Assembly (NCBI GenBank): GCA_965240325.2
Contig: OZ251226.1
Location: forward strand, 620,001 to 684,000
Direction: 5' to 3'
Length of the DNA stretch: 64,000 nucleotides
Source of the DNA: Rebecca billardiae RCC1528
Taxonomy: Eukaryota; Protista; Haptophyta
Shown here: one piece after another, positions 23,749 to 34,957 of the stretch
How the letters are laid out: every line of letters starts with the position of its first letter
How positions within the stretch are numbered: position 1 is the stretch's first letter
The notes under the pieces: model-generated
Database searches by the model: none
What the model was told of the DNA's origin: nothing
The model's input: only the letters and a program-made list of their open reading frames with translations
Position numbers and translations under genes: made by a program

Positions 23749-25227
23749 ATGCCCACGGCCCTCCGCATCCCCGGGGGGGCGGCGGGCCCCCTCGGCTTTG
23801 AGCTTCAGTACGAGTCGCGCATGTTCATTGGCCCGGGGAACATCACCGACACCGTCGCGATCGCGTCCTTCATGCTCATGCTGCTTGGGCAGGTGTACCA
23901 CGCGAGTGAGGAGTCGAGGCGAGCGGGGGCAGAGCTTTACAAGGGGGCGACGTTCGACGTGACGCCGGACCACGTGGTATGGACGACCCCGTCGCGCTGC
24001 AGGCTCGCGCGCGCGCTTGAGTTGCCCAGTGCACTCACGTGCGCCAAGCTCGAGATTGTCTCCCGGCCGCAGCCGCTGCGCGAGACCGCTCGTGCGATGC
24101 GCGAGGTGAGCGCGTGGGTTGCAAAGCCTGCGCGCGCAGTAGCGCGGGTCGCGAAGCGCGAGTTCGCCCTCGACCTCGGCTTGAGTGGTGGGCTGATAGT
24201 CGGTGGCCCGGTCATGCGGCTGGCATCGGCGAAGGCATTGCTTCAGACGACGATCGCGTTGCCTCTCGTCCGAGTGCGCCAGTATATGCGTGCGGCCGCA
24301 AACAGCTTGCCGAACGCCGTGGCGTCGACGAGGCCGGAGCGGCGGCACTTCGCGGCATTCTTGGCGCGCATCGACGCGCTGTGCGCCGCCGACGCCGTGC
24401 CGGAGGCGTACTGCGGCTTCCTCACGCTCGCCGCCAACTTTGCGCGCACGATCGGCCGCGTCGCTGGCTCGCGCACGCGCGAGTACGCGATGAGCTCCGC
24501 GCAGTTCAAGGCGGCGATCTTCACGGACCAGCGACTGCCAGACACCCTGCCCGTGCTCGTCCGCACCAACCTGGGCTCGGCGTACGCGCACGTGCACGCA
24601 ATGGTCGCGCGCGATGATCCCGCCCTCGGCCGTCGGCTCGGTGCGCTCTTTGCACAGCACATGCGCTCGCTCATGGCAGCCGACCTCGACAGGGGCGACG
24701 CGACGCCGCTGCTGGACACGCGCTTTCGCTCGTATGCGTACGGCAGCCCGCGCAACCTGCTCGACGTCGTCGAGCAGATCGACCCCGCGGTGAGCGCGCA
24801 GGGCATCGAGGCCGCCATCCGGTGGCTGCTCGCCGCGCCGCTCGACGCCCCAGCACACGTGGAGCGGCGCAGGCGCTTCACGAGCCTCTTCCAGGCACAC
24901 GACAAGACCATGGGGATCACGCGCGTGCGCGGAGTCGACGGCGGCGCGCTGCTTGTGCGCGGCTGGGTGGCCGGCCTCGCGAAAGGGCGCGACCTCCTCT
25001 CAGACCACGGCATGGCGTTCCCGCAGGAGTGGCCAGTCTTCAAGTCCGTCGGCGCGTGGGCGATCGACCCGGGCGGCGTCGTGCACGTTGAGAACATTGT
25101 CGGCAACTTTGTGAGGATGTGGCACGCGTCAAAGGGCGCCGTGAAGAAGAACGCGAACACGTCCTCGCTGATGGTCAGGTTGGAGGCATACGCCAGAGAG
25201 CTCGAGTCTGTCCTCCTCGACGATTGA
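23749..25227 (+). CDS. Intronless hypothetical protein; putative GS-fold COOH-NH2 ligase / actin cross-linking domain-like
   Basis: Long ORF with strong coding bias and the ordered motifs LGFELQ, FDVTPD, LEIVSRP, QTTIAL, LPVLVRT, HVE. The CDS is likely real; the family call is tentative. Confidence 0.6.
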   Translation: MPTALRIPGGAAGPLGFELQYESRMFIGPGNITDTVAIASFMLMLLGQVYHASEESRRAGAELYKGATFDVTPDHVVWTTPSRCRLARALELPSALTCAKLEIVSRPQPLRETARAMREVSAWVAKPARAVARVAKREFALDLGLSGGLIVGGPVMRLASAKALLQTTIALPLVRVRQYMRAAANSLPNAVASTRPERRHFAAFLARIDALCAADAVPEAYCGFLTLAANFARTIGRVAGSRTREYAMSSAQFKAAIFTDQRLPDTLPVLVRTNLGSAYAHVHAMVARDDPALGRRLGALFAQHMRSLMAADLDRGDATPLLDTRFRSYAYGSPRNLLDVVEQIDPAVSAQGIEAAIRWLLAAPLDAPAHVERRRRFTSLFQAHDKTMGITRVRGVDGGALLVRGWVAGLAKGRDLLSDHGMAFPQEWPVFKSVGAWAIDPGGVVHVENIVGNFVRMWHASKGAVKKNANTSSLMVRLEAYARELESVLLDD

Positions 25228-25264
25228 TGACGATTGACTACTTAGCTAGCACTGGGCGCGTCAT

Positions 25265-25289
25265 ACACACACACACACACACACACACA
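25265..25289. repeat. (CA)n microsatellite
   Basis: Read directly from the sequence. Confidence 0.9.
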
Positions 25290-25870
25290 GTGACACACAC
25301 TGACACACGAGTACCGCGCGTGTACTGACACTAGTGACATTTTGACAATGACAGTAGTCTGACACGAGTACACACACTCAGTCTCAGTCACAGCTTGTCC
25401 GCACACTCACGGCGGCGGCGGCGCAAGCTCGCGCTCGCGCGGGCCTCAAGTTGACCTTCGAGGTGCGAGGGCGCAAAGCGCCGCGCCACGCGCAAGCTAC
25501 AGTAGTTCACGGCCTCGTTACCGCCCCGCTGCGTCCCATCGGAAGCTCTACTGGACATCGCACGGCCTCGCCGCCTGGCGGCGGTAGGCGAGAGCGAGGT
25601 GGCGGCGGAGGCGCGGCGTTCTGCTGAGTCCAGGAGCGCCGCTCCAGCGTGCGCCAACAGGACCCCCCCCCCCCCCGGGGGGGTTGGGGTTGAGGGGGGG
25701 GGGGGTTGGCTGGCAAATCCTGAGGTTTGGCCCGGTTGGTGATTCGGCGCACCAGGGCTCGCGCGCAGGCCGCCGGGTCGGCACGTTTGGCCTTTGGGCT
25801 GGTCGTGGTGCTCGTGGCAGCACGCACGTGGGCGCCCAACACGGCCTGAGAGTGCGCCGAGCGCATCCGA

Positions 25871-26383
25871 TCAGTACACCGCATACTCATGGGTCTCGTC
25901 GGCCTGCCCCGACGGGCGGTTGGCGGTGTTGAGCCCGCCCGTGTCGATGTCGTGCCCTCCGTCACGGGACGACGCAAGCAGGCGCAGCCCCTCAGGAGTC
26001 TCAGCCATGCGACTGCACTTGGCACAGCGCGCCATGAGTGCGGCGGCGTCTTCGAGATATGCCGTACGGCGCTTGCCGACATCCCGAATGATCGCTCGCT
26101 CGTGCTTGATGGTGGTGTTTGCCTGCTTGATCCACTTGTTGTTGTCGTTGACGGCGCGCCGGCACTTCTCGGCCTCGGCCATCAACTCAGACACCTTGCG
26201 CAGGTCGTTGTCCATGTCGCGCGCGTCTATGAGGTCTCCTCCAGTGCACACGCTCCTCACGCGCACCGCCTCGCGCGCGAGATCGCGGCATATCACGCCC
26301 AGGTCCTCCTGCGGCGTGTCCTTGAGCCCGCGCCGGGTGGCGGCGCCATGCTGTTCCAACGCCCAGCCAGAGAAGACAGACAC
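25871..26383 (-). CDS. Hypothetical coiled-coil ORF or gene fragment next to an inverted-repeat arm
   Basis: 170 codons with protein-like composition and GC3 bias; the start is uncertain. Confidence 0.4.
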   Translation of the reverse strand: MSVFSGWALEQHGAATRRGLKDTPQEDLGVICRDLAREAVRVRSVCTGGDLIDARDMDNDLRKVSELMAEAEKCRRAVNDNNKWIKQANTTIKHERAIIRDVGKRRTAYLEDAAALMARCAKCSRMAETPEGLRLLASSRDGGHDIDTGGLNTANRPSGQADETHEYAVY

Positions 26384-26401
26384 TCACTGAGACAAGGCAA
26401 G

Positions 26402-27512
26402 GGTGTCCAGGGTCCGCAACAGCCAGTAGTGCGCAGCGCGGCAGAGGCTGGGGAAGAGGCAGGTCGCCGCTCGCCAGTGGCACTCGCCCGCCCACCGCCG
26501 TGCACGGCGGCGGGGCCGCTCGCGCCGTGCGCTCCTGCGGCCGTCGGGTCGGGCTGCGTAGGCGGCGCGCGGCTTGGGCCGTCGCTGAGCCACCCAGCGC
26601 CCCTCTCTGCGCCGCGCGCCTTCCTCGTCCTCGCCTCCTCCGCGCCTTGGAGCAGCACGCACACGCGCGGCGCCGCACAAAGGCAGCCCAGGCGCTCGTG
26701 TGCAAGCGTGCGCGCACGCAGCGCGACGGGCTTGACTCGGGGCTCGCGCCGCTGTGGGGGCATGCAGCACCATCACATGCGCGCGCGACGCCACCTCGAG
26801 CCTGCGCGTTTGACCGTCAGTGCACGCTGATGCACGTTACAAAATGGTCTGACTTGGCATCATCACACGTGCGACGGAAGCTTCCACAACGGGCCTTGAG
26901 TGCGTCGACGCGATCGATGCTGAGACGGTCATGCTTGCGTGCGCTTCTCTTGTGGTCTCCACGCTTGCTGAGAAGCGCCGCGTACGTAGCTGTCATCGTG
27001 TCTTGCCTAAGAAGTCGTCCTGACGCATGGCAGGTTCTGGTCAGATTGGGCCTACTTCAACACGAGGACGTGTGAGCATTTGGCACGTGACGGTCACAGC
27101 GATGCGCAGGCTCGAGGTGGCGTCGCGCGCGCATGTGATGGTGCTGCATGCCCCCACAGCGGCGCGAGCCCCGAGTCAAGCCCGTCGCGCTGCGTGCGCG
27201 CACGCTTGCACACGAGCGCCTGGGCTGCCTTTGTGCGGCGCCGCGCGTGTGCGTGCTGCTCCAAGGCGCGGAGGAGGCGAGGACGAGGAAGGCGCGCGGC
27301 GCAGAGAGGGGCGCTGGGTGGCTCAGCGACGGCCCAAGCCGCGCGCCGCCTACGCAGCCCGACCCGACGGCCGCAGGAGCGCACGGCGCGAGCGGCCCCG
27401 CCGCCGTGCACGGCGGTGGGCGGGCGAGTGCCACTGGCGAGCGGCGACCTGCCTCTTCCCCAGCCTCTGCCGCGCTGCGCACTGGCTGTTGCGGACCCTG
27501 TCGCTGGACACC
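26402..27512. repeat. Long inverted repeat with ~405-bp arms (26402-26807 and 27104-27512) and a ~296-bp spacer
   Basis: The arms are reverse complements. The only visible differences are a 3-nt and a 6-nt insertion near the outer ends. Confidence 0.95.
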
Positions 27513-27553
27513 GGCTTGCTGAGAGAAGGCGGTGATGAAAATAAGGCGTAGCC

Positions 27554-29008
27554 ATGGCGGCGTGTCGTCTACTCGCCCTCGCGTTGCCTGTCGCCATGTC
27601 TCCCCGTGTGATCTGGCACGCGGGTCCGATGAAATCGGCCAGCTCGACGATGCAGAAGCTCCTCGTCCAGCCTCTAGGCCGCGAGCCCTCCCAGCTGCAG
27701 CGCCTGCTAGCCATTGAGCATGTGGCGATCCCACACGCGCTGCCCGGTCCGTGGCGGGCGCATAAGAATCATCACAATCTTGCCCGAGCCTTTGGTGACG
27801 CCGTGGCACGGCAAGGCACGTGGGAAGCATTCTCGTCGTTCGTGGGCGAGGCCGCGCGCAACCGCAGCGACATCGTCCTCCTGAGCTCGTGGATTATCGA
27901 GCGCAAGTACCGCGAGCCGCTCTTTGCACGGCTGCTGCCGCTGTTGGGCCTACATGGTTATGAGCTGCACGTCGTGCTAAACTACCGTCGGTACTACGAG
28001 TGGCTGCTCTCCATGCACATGCAGCGGTCCAAGGCCGTGATCGGCGACCCCAACTCCCCGCAGTTTTGCCTGAAGACACGCACAAAGTGCCGCGTGCATA
28101 GGCGTTTTGTGGATGTTCTGCGGAAGGGCGACCCACTATACGCTGAGCGTTGGGTGGGGCAAGTGCTCGGGGCGTTTCGCGCAGCGGGGGTGAGGACGAC
28201 GCTGCTCAACATGCACGATAGGCGCAATGGATCTTCGTTCGTGGAGCGCTTTGTCTGCGACGTGATCGCAGCCCCGCGCGCGTGCGCACACCTGCTCGCA
28301 TATCCGGCAGCTGGCAGTTTGCACGAGAACCAGCAGAGCGTGAGCGATCAGCGGATACGCCGGCTTGACGCGCTGTGCGGAGCGGTTGCGGAGGGTTGGG
28401 TGCCACCTGTGGTGCAGCGCCTCCCGTTCACGGCCGTGCAAGCGTCACTCGACGAGCTCTTCGACTCGGCTCCGTCCGCTGATGCTTCACTGCCCGTTGA
28501 CTGCCCCAAGGAGCGGGAGCAACGTGCGCTGCTGCACGCAACGCTGGATTGGCAGGCACGACTGCTGCCTAAGTGGCATGCCGTCGATGAGCAAGCCACA
28601 CGTGCTGCTTTCGAGAGCGCCGCCCGCCAGCGCAGGCTTTGCTCGGCAATGACCATGCGGGATATGCACCTGCTGGCCAGCTGCGCCACCTGCAGTGGCG
28701 GCGGCAGCGGAGGCCGGAGCCAGGCCGCATGCGCGCAGTGGTGGTCATGTTCCGCCACAGGCGCACGCGGGTCGCCCGACGCTGGTGGCGCGAGCTGTGT
28801 CGCGGCTACGCCGACGACATTCATCACGCAGGGGCCACCGCCCCTGGCCGGCTGTTTCTGGGAAGCCACGCGGAGAAATGGCTCGCTCGCAGTTCGCACG
28901 ACTGCCATTGGCGAGGACTGCAGCAAAGAGGCGAAGAAGGCTTTTTTCCAACGTGGCGTTCGATCGTCCGCCGCTTATTCATCATCATCGTCATCATTGC
29001 GCGCGTGA
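27554..29008 (+). CDS. Secretory-pathway sulfotransferase-like protein
   Basis: Signal peptide; 5'-PSB-like HAGPMKSASSTMQ; LLSS; 3'-PB-like YRRYYEWLLS. Confidence 0.65.
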   Translation: MAACRLLALALPVAMSPRVIWHAGPMKSASSTMQKLLVQPLGREPSQLQRLLAIEHVAIPHALPGPWRAHKNHHNLARAFGDAVARQGTWEAFSSFVGEAARNRSDIVLLSSWIIERKYREPLFARLLPLLGLHGYELHVVLNYRRYYEWLLSMHMQRSKAVIGDPNSPQFCLKTRTKCRVHRRFVDVLRKGDPLYAERWVGQVLGAFRAAGVRTTLLNMHDRRNGSSFVERFVCDVIAAPRACAHLLAYPAAGSLHENQQSVSDQRIRRLDALCGAVAEGWVPPVVQRLPFTAVQASLDELFDSAPSADASLPVDCPKEREQRALLHATLDWQARLLPKWHAVDEQATRAAFESAARQRRLCSAMTMRDMHLLASCATCSGGGSGGRSQAACAQWWSCSATGARGSPDAGGASCVAATPTTFITQGPPPLAGCFWEATRRNGSLAVRTTAIGEDCSKEAKKAFFQRGVRSSAAYSSSSSSLRA

Positions 29009-29012
29009 CAAT

Positions 29013-29072
29013 ATGTGTGTGTGTGTACGTGTACGTGTTATCGTGTACGTGCGCGCGTGTGTGTGTGTGTGT
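29013..29072. repeat. Imperfect (TG)n microsatellite
   Basis: Read directly from the sequence. Confidence 0.8.
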
Positions 29073-29249
29073 ATACGGACCGCAGTCGTTGGCGCCGGCG
29101 TTTCGGCGAGGACAGCTGCTACTTGGTCTCGGGCTAGGTATACGTGGTGTATTAAATTGCTGGCGGTATAGTATACTGACTGGCGCGGCTAGTAATAATG
29201 CATATATCAGTCGTAGTATATTGATCGATGATGACGCGCGAGATGAATA

Positions 29250-31085
29250 AGGACCGCGTTATTCCGCGGTCCTCTTCCGCGTCAGAACCAACGTAGTTGG
29301 GGGCCCGCGATGCAGAGTCTGTCTGTGCCGGCCGTCTGACAGTCTGTGCGGTGTGCCACCCGCTCCGTCCGACCACCACGGACACAGCGTCGCTGCGTCG
29401 CCCCGGCCAGTCGCGCATAGCTATACCACTAACTTACCTCGCCATCGTCGCGCGGACTCGCCGCTCGCAGATCAGCCTGTCTGTGGCTCTCGTGTCCGAG
29501 GCAGTCAGGCATCCGTCGTGCCCATCAGCGCCAAAGCTGGCTCTCAGTCACTGAGTGAGTGAGAGCCGCCGCTCACGGTCAGCGCGCAGTCCGAGCTCCG
29601 AGCTCGCGCGCCAAACGCCCGCCCATGCGCCAGTCAAGCCGTCGAGACTCGAGACAGCTCGGAAGTCGGATGCGGCGGACGAGAGCAAAATAGATGTGCG
29701 CGTGGTCCAGCTCGTGCTGCGACTCGGACTCGCCCAGTCTCGTCGCCCGCAGATCTGCGCGCGCTGCTTGCCGCGCCGCTGCATCATGTGCAGCCAGAGG
29801 CTCCAGGCTTCAGTCAGTCAGCACGCCGCGTCACGCGGATGAGCCATCACAGCTCGGCCATGGACGGCGCGAGCGAGGGCTTGGGCGAACGAGATGGCCG
29901 TGGTGGCTGCTCCACATCCCGACAAAACCGAAAACGTCCAAGACTACGGTGTCCGCTCGCACCACGCCGACTGGATCAGGCGAAGGCTCCGCACTGCAGA
30001 TCAGGCTCAGTGGCGAGACGCGGCTGAACCGCCGACGTCCTCGCGACCGCCCGCGCTTGAACATGCCGAGAGTTCAGCTGCGCGGCGTGCGGCGTGGCGC
30101 GCGCGGGCGCGCGCATGGTCAGCTGGAAACACAGCGAGAAACTCGCCTCGCCCCCACGCGCCACGCGCATTCGCACCCAGAATATCACACACGAGGAGCA
30201 TCGTCCGATGAGTAAGCTACTCGGCGGCTTCTTCACCGGTGAGTCGTGAGGGCTGCGCAGTCAATAACATGATGAACTCGAGGGACACCCGATGCTGCTG
30301 AGTGCTGTCGCCTGCGGAGTAGGCCTGGATTCACGCGTTAGGATGCCCCGCGGTCTCCTCCTCGTACCGTAGTCGCCGACTGCTCTCCGCGCGCGAGCGC
30401 GGAGCGTCGACATCGATTCGTGTCCGCGGTCGTGCTCGGTTGGAAACCGCACTGACTGGGCCGAAGAGGGATCGGCAGGGCGGGGCGCGCGGGGTGAGCG
30501 AGCACGAAAGCGACGCCGACGACCGTCGGGATACCCGCCGCAGCCGCGCGCACCTGCGCTGAGTCCGTCGGATTGAACGATCGTGCGCTGCCGCAGCGGG
30601 CCGCCGCTCGGCCTCCCGGTTCGCTTCGTCGGCTGCCGGTGGCCGAGGCGCCGGGCGGCGAGGCGACTCCAGAGCTCAGAGGGCCGAATCCAGTATTCAT
30701 CAAGGGAGATAGTATGAAGATTGCGTTGTGGTTGCGCGATCAACATTTGATCATCCGAAACCGCAAACGTCGTCGCTCCTTGAATCTCATTGGCCGAAAA
30801 AATCGCTTGTAACGGTTCGTTACGTTAGGGATCCTAAAGGGCGTGAAGTTTTTTGGACGGGCGTCACTCCACGTACGCTTTACTATGAACTTGTCGTGGG
30901 CGCGTCCTTTTCTCCGTAATGCGTGTCTAGAGAGGGTCTCAAAATTATTCGAAACTCGGTCTCCTCCAGCCCTGCTGAAAATCGTCCCCCGTCCCTTTTT
31001 TCTTGATCAAAGATCTTTTTGAAACGTGGTTAGGGCCCACGGAGCGGGCTCCACGCTGCGCGCTCCGCCCTGCACCGCGGGCCAT
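29250..31085 (-). mobile_element. Non-autonomous Helitron2/Helentron-like element, copy 1 (~1.8 kb)
   Basis: TGCACCGCGGGCC-AT at 31071-31085; subterminal GGCCCGCGATGCA at about 29302; hairpin GACCGCG..CGCGGTC at 29252-29271. Confidence 0.65.
29831..30703 (-). pseudogene. Possible decayed gene fragment inside element copy 1
   Basis: Short ORFs with GTGCG donor-like sites and in-frame stops; no family recognised. Confidence 0.2.
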
Positions 31086-31230
31086 AATACTAATTAATGA
31101 ATATTACTGATGATGGCTCTGATGGCGTGTGACCGTCACAGCTGAGTGAGCTGTGCTGGATCTCGGACCGCGGTGAGGCCCGTCAGGCGTCACCGAAGCC
31201 TTACTGATAATGATTCTGTTCCTACTATGG

Positions 31231-32322
31231 TCAGTCATCGCATTCCTCATCATCGACGACAGCATGAAGTTCGCTGTACTGATCGCAGCGAGGCCGCCGA
31301 GCGCTGTGGTCGGCGTGCGCATGGACAGAGCTCGCTGGCTGAGCCGGCAGGGGGTCCTCAACGGCGTGTCTCAGCACAAACAGGCGCGTGGCGGCGGCAA
31401 CGATGACCAAAGCGCCGCTCACACCACGCCCAGTCACTCGCCGCTCGCCCAATGCTACATCGAAAGCGAAGCCGAGCAGGACCTCCAGCGATGTCATGAG
31501 CGCGCTCGCGACAGCGAGGTGCACGCGCTGTGTGCCGTACACGATCAACATCTGCGCCGGGAGCCCCACAAGAGCTGCAGCCACCAGGAGAGCTGATTCA
31601 GTGCCATCGAGTCTCGTCGGCCAGCGCGGCCAGCCCTCCATCGCACGCAGCAGAGGTGACATGAAGATGAGGGCCACGTTGAGCGTGGCCGTGAGCGTGG
31701 CTGGCGAGACGCGCGAACCGAGACGACGCACTATGGCCATCTGGACGGCGAACGTCATGGCCTCCAAAAGCGCGAAGCAGCGGCCGACGATGGGCGTCGG
31801 CAAGTGCGGAGCTGCAGTGGGCGCATCCTCGCGCGCGAGCACGAGCAGTGCGACGCCCATGCCGGCGAGGGCGATCGCCCACAGCCCGTGGGCACTCACT
31901 GGCTCCCGCAGGTACGCGATCGAGAGCGCTGCTGCCCACACCGACGAGGTGTTGAAGAGTGCCGAGGCCTCGCCGATCGGGCTGGAGGCAAGCGCGGTGT
32001 ACTCAGACCCGATGGCACCAACTGTCAGCGCCGTGCGGGCGCAGATCAAAAGCAGGGTCCAACGCGCGGGCGTCCCCTCTTCTCGGCGGTCACCGCTGCC
32101 ATCCACGTCACCGCCCTTCGCACGGAAGCAAAATGGGTAGCATGCATACCACACGGCGAGCACCAAGGTTTGGAGCACGCCACGCGCCGCCACGAGTGCT
32201 GAAGGTCCGATGGCACCTGCACTCCGCGTGCTGAGCAGCTGCACGAGCAACATACTCGCCGAGAACAGCAGCGAGGCGAGCGTGATGGCGAGGACGCCCG
32301 TGCCGCTCAGCGCGGATGCCAT
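31231..32322 (-). CDS. EamA/DMT-family transporter
   Basis: About 10 hydrophobic helices in two EamA halves; PIGEASALFNTSSVWAAALSIAYLREP and ALGERR motifs. Confidence 0.85.
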   Translation of the reverse strand: MASALSGTGVLAITLASLLFSASMLLVQLLSTRSAGAIGPSALVAARGVLQTLVLAVWYACYPFCFRAKGGDVDGSGDRREEGTPARWTLLLICARTALTVGAIGSEYTALASSPIGEASALFNTSSVWAAALSIAYLREPVSAHGLWAIALAGMGVALLVLAREDAPTAAPHLPTPIVGRCFALLEAMTFAVQMAIVRRLGSRVSPATLTATLNVALIFMSPLLRAMEGWPRWPTRLDGTESALLVAAALVGLPAQMLIVYGTQRVHLAVASALMTSLEVLLGFAFDVALGERRVTGRGVSGALVIVAAATRLFVLRHAVEDPLPAQPASSVHAHADHSARRPRCDQYSELHAVVDDEECDD

Positions 32323-33126
32323 CGTCACCCGCAACTAGTAGTGGCCCTTACCGGGTATGTGTTGCCACGTCGTTCTCCACCTTTTAAATTCCCCTTTATT
32401 CTGGTGAATAACACAGCTTTAAACAATTTTAATTCTTGAGAAAGCCTGGGAGACCCAGCTCCGACCCCCTTTAATTGGGTGTCCAATACTGCTGAGCAAA
32501 GTAATACCTGAGTAGGCATACGAACAATGGGGCCTCAAACGTTTTTTGATTAGGCACGCCTCGGGAATCGAGAACGCATGTCGTTACCTTTTTGAGCGCG
32601 CGCCATAGGGATGTCGTTGCGATTCCCACCTATTTGTGGACGCTTTTCTACGACCATCCACCTCCCTTGACCATCCGCTCCCAAGTTCAAGCGAGCGAGG
32701 CGGCGCGACCACACTGACACGCGCGCCCCGGCGGCCCCGCAGCGGCGGAGGAGGGCGCGCGGGCACGAGCCAAGGGCACGGATGGGCACACCATACTCTC
32801 AGCGCCGGTGCGCGACCGCACGCGACGGCTCGCCGCACGCGCTCCCGGCCGCAGCCAGCGCGAGACGGAGCGCGCACACGCGGCGCGGCGGCATCGCCTA
32901 TGAGCTCAATACTATCTCCCGCCGTGGCGAGCGGAGCCCAGGACGCGCTCGGCGCGTCCTGGGCTAAGCCCAGGACGCCAGTGGGCGGCCGAAGCCCAGG
33001 ACGGGGTCGATTTCGGTGGAGTGGCCTCTGACGGCTGGCTGCCATCGCAAGCCATTGCCCGATTTGGCTAGTTCAGATTTTAATTCAATTAATTCTAGCC
33101 CAGCGAGGCAACGGTCTCACAGGCAT

Positions 33127-33282
33127 CATCCATTGAGGTCCTCCTGTGCAGTTTTCACGAGTGACTTCATGAAGGAGCTCACAGTGCCCGTCTCTGGCAG
33201 GGGTCAACCGAAGCCAGAGCCGGCCGGCGGACTGACTGATGACGTTCCGACCCCGGGACAAGGGCCCCGGGATCGCTGTCGG
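33127..33282 (+). repeat. Internal fragment of the element at 18463-18977
   Basis: Near-identical to about 18463-18623. Confidence 0.85.
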
Positions 33283-33373
33283 ACTGACGCTGACTGAGTC
33301 CGCCACGGGTGGCATCCGCCTGATGCCTGCCGCGACCGATCAGCCCAGCGGGCACACGCGACCCCGTCGTCCA

Positions 33374-33816
33374 TTACTCAGCGGCTGCGGGTGCCGCAGC
33401 CGCCGGGGCAGCCTCGGCTGCCGGCGCCTTAGCGGCAGCATCCTTGCTGTCGCCTTTGCTTGCACCCATGTAGTCGTCAAGGTCGTCGTCAAGCGTTTTA
33501 TCGCCGCCCCCACCGCCCCAGTAGGAGTCCATCTCGGCGTCGAGCTCTTCTGCGGTCTTTGGCTTCGAATCGCCCTTGCGGCCACGCCCACGCCCCCCGC
33601 CTCGACCGCGCCCACGACCTCGACCACCGCCACGACCTGCGCACGCGGACGCGTGTGTCGCCGCGCGGTTCACGGTGAGCGGGCGCTGGCGCCAGGGGGA
33701 TGTCCGAGCGGGAGGAGATGCCGCGGCCGGTACGCACCATACGGCTCTGACCTATTATTGCCGCGCCGCCGCCCAACGGGCCCGCCGCCGCCCTCGAAAT
33801 TGCGCGCGCTATACAT
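33374..33816 (-). CDS. CHTOP/ALYREF-like RGG protein with C-terminal UAP56-binding (FoP duplication) motifs; intron 33637-33737
   Basis: GRG repeats, KTAEELDAEMDSYW and KTLDDDLDDYM; a GTGCG..GCAG intron joins the frames. Confidence 0.8.
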
Positions 33817-34009
33817 CCTTCCGACGCGCCAACGAACACTGCACTGCGCCTGCTGCGCCCCGAGGCGCGCGCGAGCGGGGCTGCCGCGGCTGCCGCGTCT
33901 GGGCATGAAGAAATCGCTTATTTATTCGATCCGTGGCGGATTCTTATTGCCGGTTTTCGATTCTCTTCCCGCGCCGGGCGGCCGCGGCGAAATCGGACGA
34001 TCAGGAACG

Positions 34010-34483
34010 ATGGCGGCGCGCTCGCGCCCGGCGGGCCAGCTGCCATCATTTGCGGAACCGCCTGTGTACGATGCCGACAAGGGCGACCGAATGCGCGACG
34101 AAGACGCTGAGGCAGATGCACATGCGGCGAGCGTATCCCCAGAACCAATGGGCGCCTTTGATTACTTCCTGCTCGCATTCGGCGCAGCTCTTGTGCTGCT
34201 CTTTTTCCTCATTGCGCGGAAAGTGGCCGTTGCGATCGGGGTTGCGCTCATCTGCATTGGAGTCGGCGCCTATGCCTACGTGACCGCGCAGATGTCGCAC
34301 GGTCCCGCACGCTGGGGCTCGTATGCTGTCTGCGCTCTTTCCCTCGCTGCGTTCCTCATCTGGTCGTTCAAGTACGTGTTCCACATGCCCAAAATCAAGA
34401 CGACAAACGGGTGTGGCGGCGTCTTCTTTGAAACGCTCGACAACGAGATCGGCCCGCGGACACGCCCGCGAGACGAGCTGTGA
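34010..34483 (+). CDS. Small 3-TM membrane protein ending in RDEL
   Basis: ATG-initiated ORF with three hydrophobic segments; divergent from the CHTOP-like gene. Confidence 0.6.
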   Translation: MAARSRPAGQLPSFAEPPVYDADKGDRMRDEDAEADAHAASVSPEPMGAFDYFLLAFGAALVLLFFLIARKVAVAIGVALICIGVGAYAYVTAQMSHGPARWGSYAVCALSLAAFLIWSFKYVFHMPKIKTTNGCGGVFFETLDNEIGPRTRPRDEL

Positions 34484-34957
34484 TGCATGCAGCACCATGA
34501 GCAGACATGTGACTGATTGCCGAGGTCGGGCGGGCTCGTCGACATTGGCCCGCAGCGGAGGCTTTTGGCGCACGCGGCAGGCTACGTCGAGCGGTGAGTC
34601 GCGGGAACGGGATACTGGCTGCCCCGAATCGTGAGCGAGCGGGGGCCTGGTGGTGAGGGCTGGCGCGGCACTGTCGTCGCTGCGCCATGCGCCGGCGCTG
34701 CCGAAGCAGAAGCTGCTGTGGCGCGGCCTGTCGGTTTATAGCTGCGGCTAGATGCGGCAAAAGTGCGGTGGACTCGGGCGCCACTCGCCTCACAGCGTGA
34801 CGGCGTCGGTGCCTGGTGAGCAGGCCGTACTTCCAGTACTCTCAGATGTCGTCGCCGTCGGGTTAGACACGCGACCTACCGTGCTTGTACTGGCACTCCG
34901 CACTGGCAGACTGGGACTGGGTCTGGGAGACACCGAGGCGCCTGATCATGAGGTGTG

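Noticed and set aside
25663-25709. C-run and G-run tract (G-quadruplex or telomere-like)
   Set aside because: No regular telomeric unit; homopolymer lengths are unreliable; no functional evidence.
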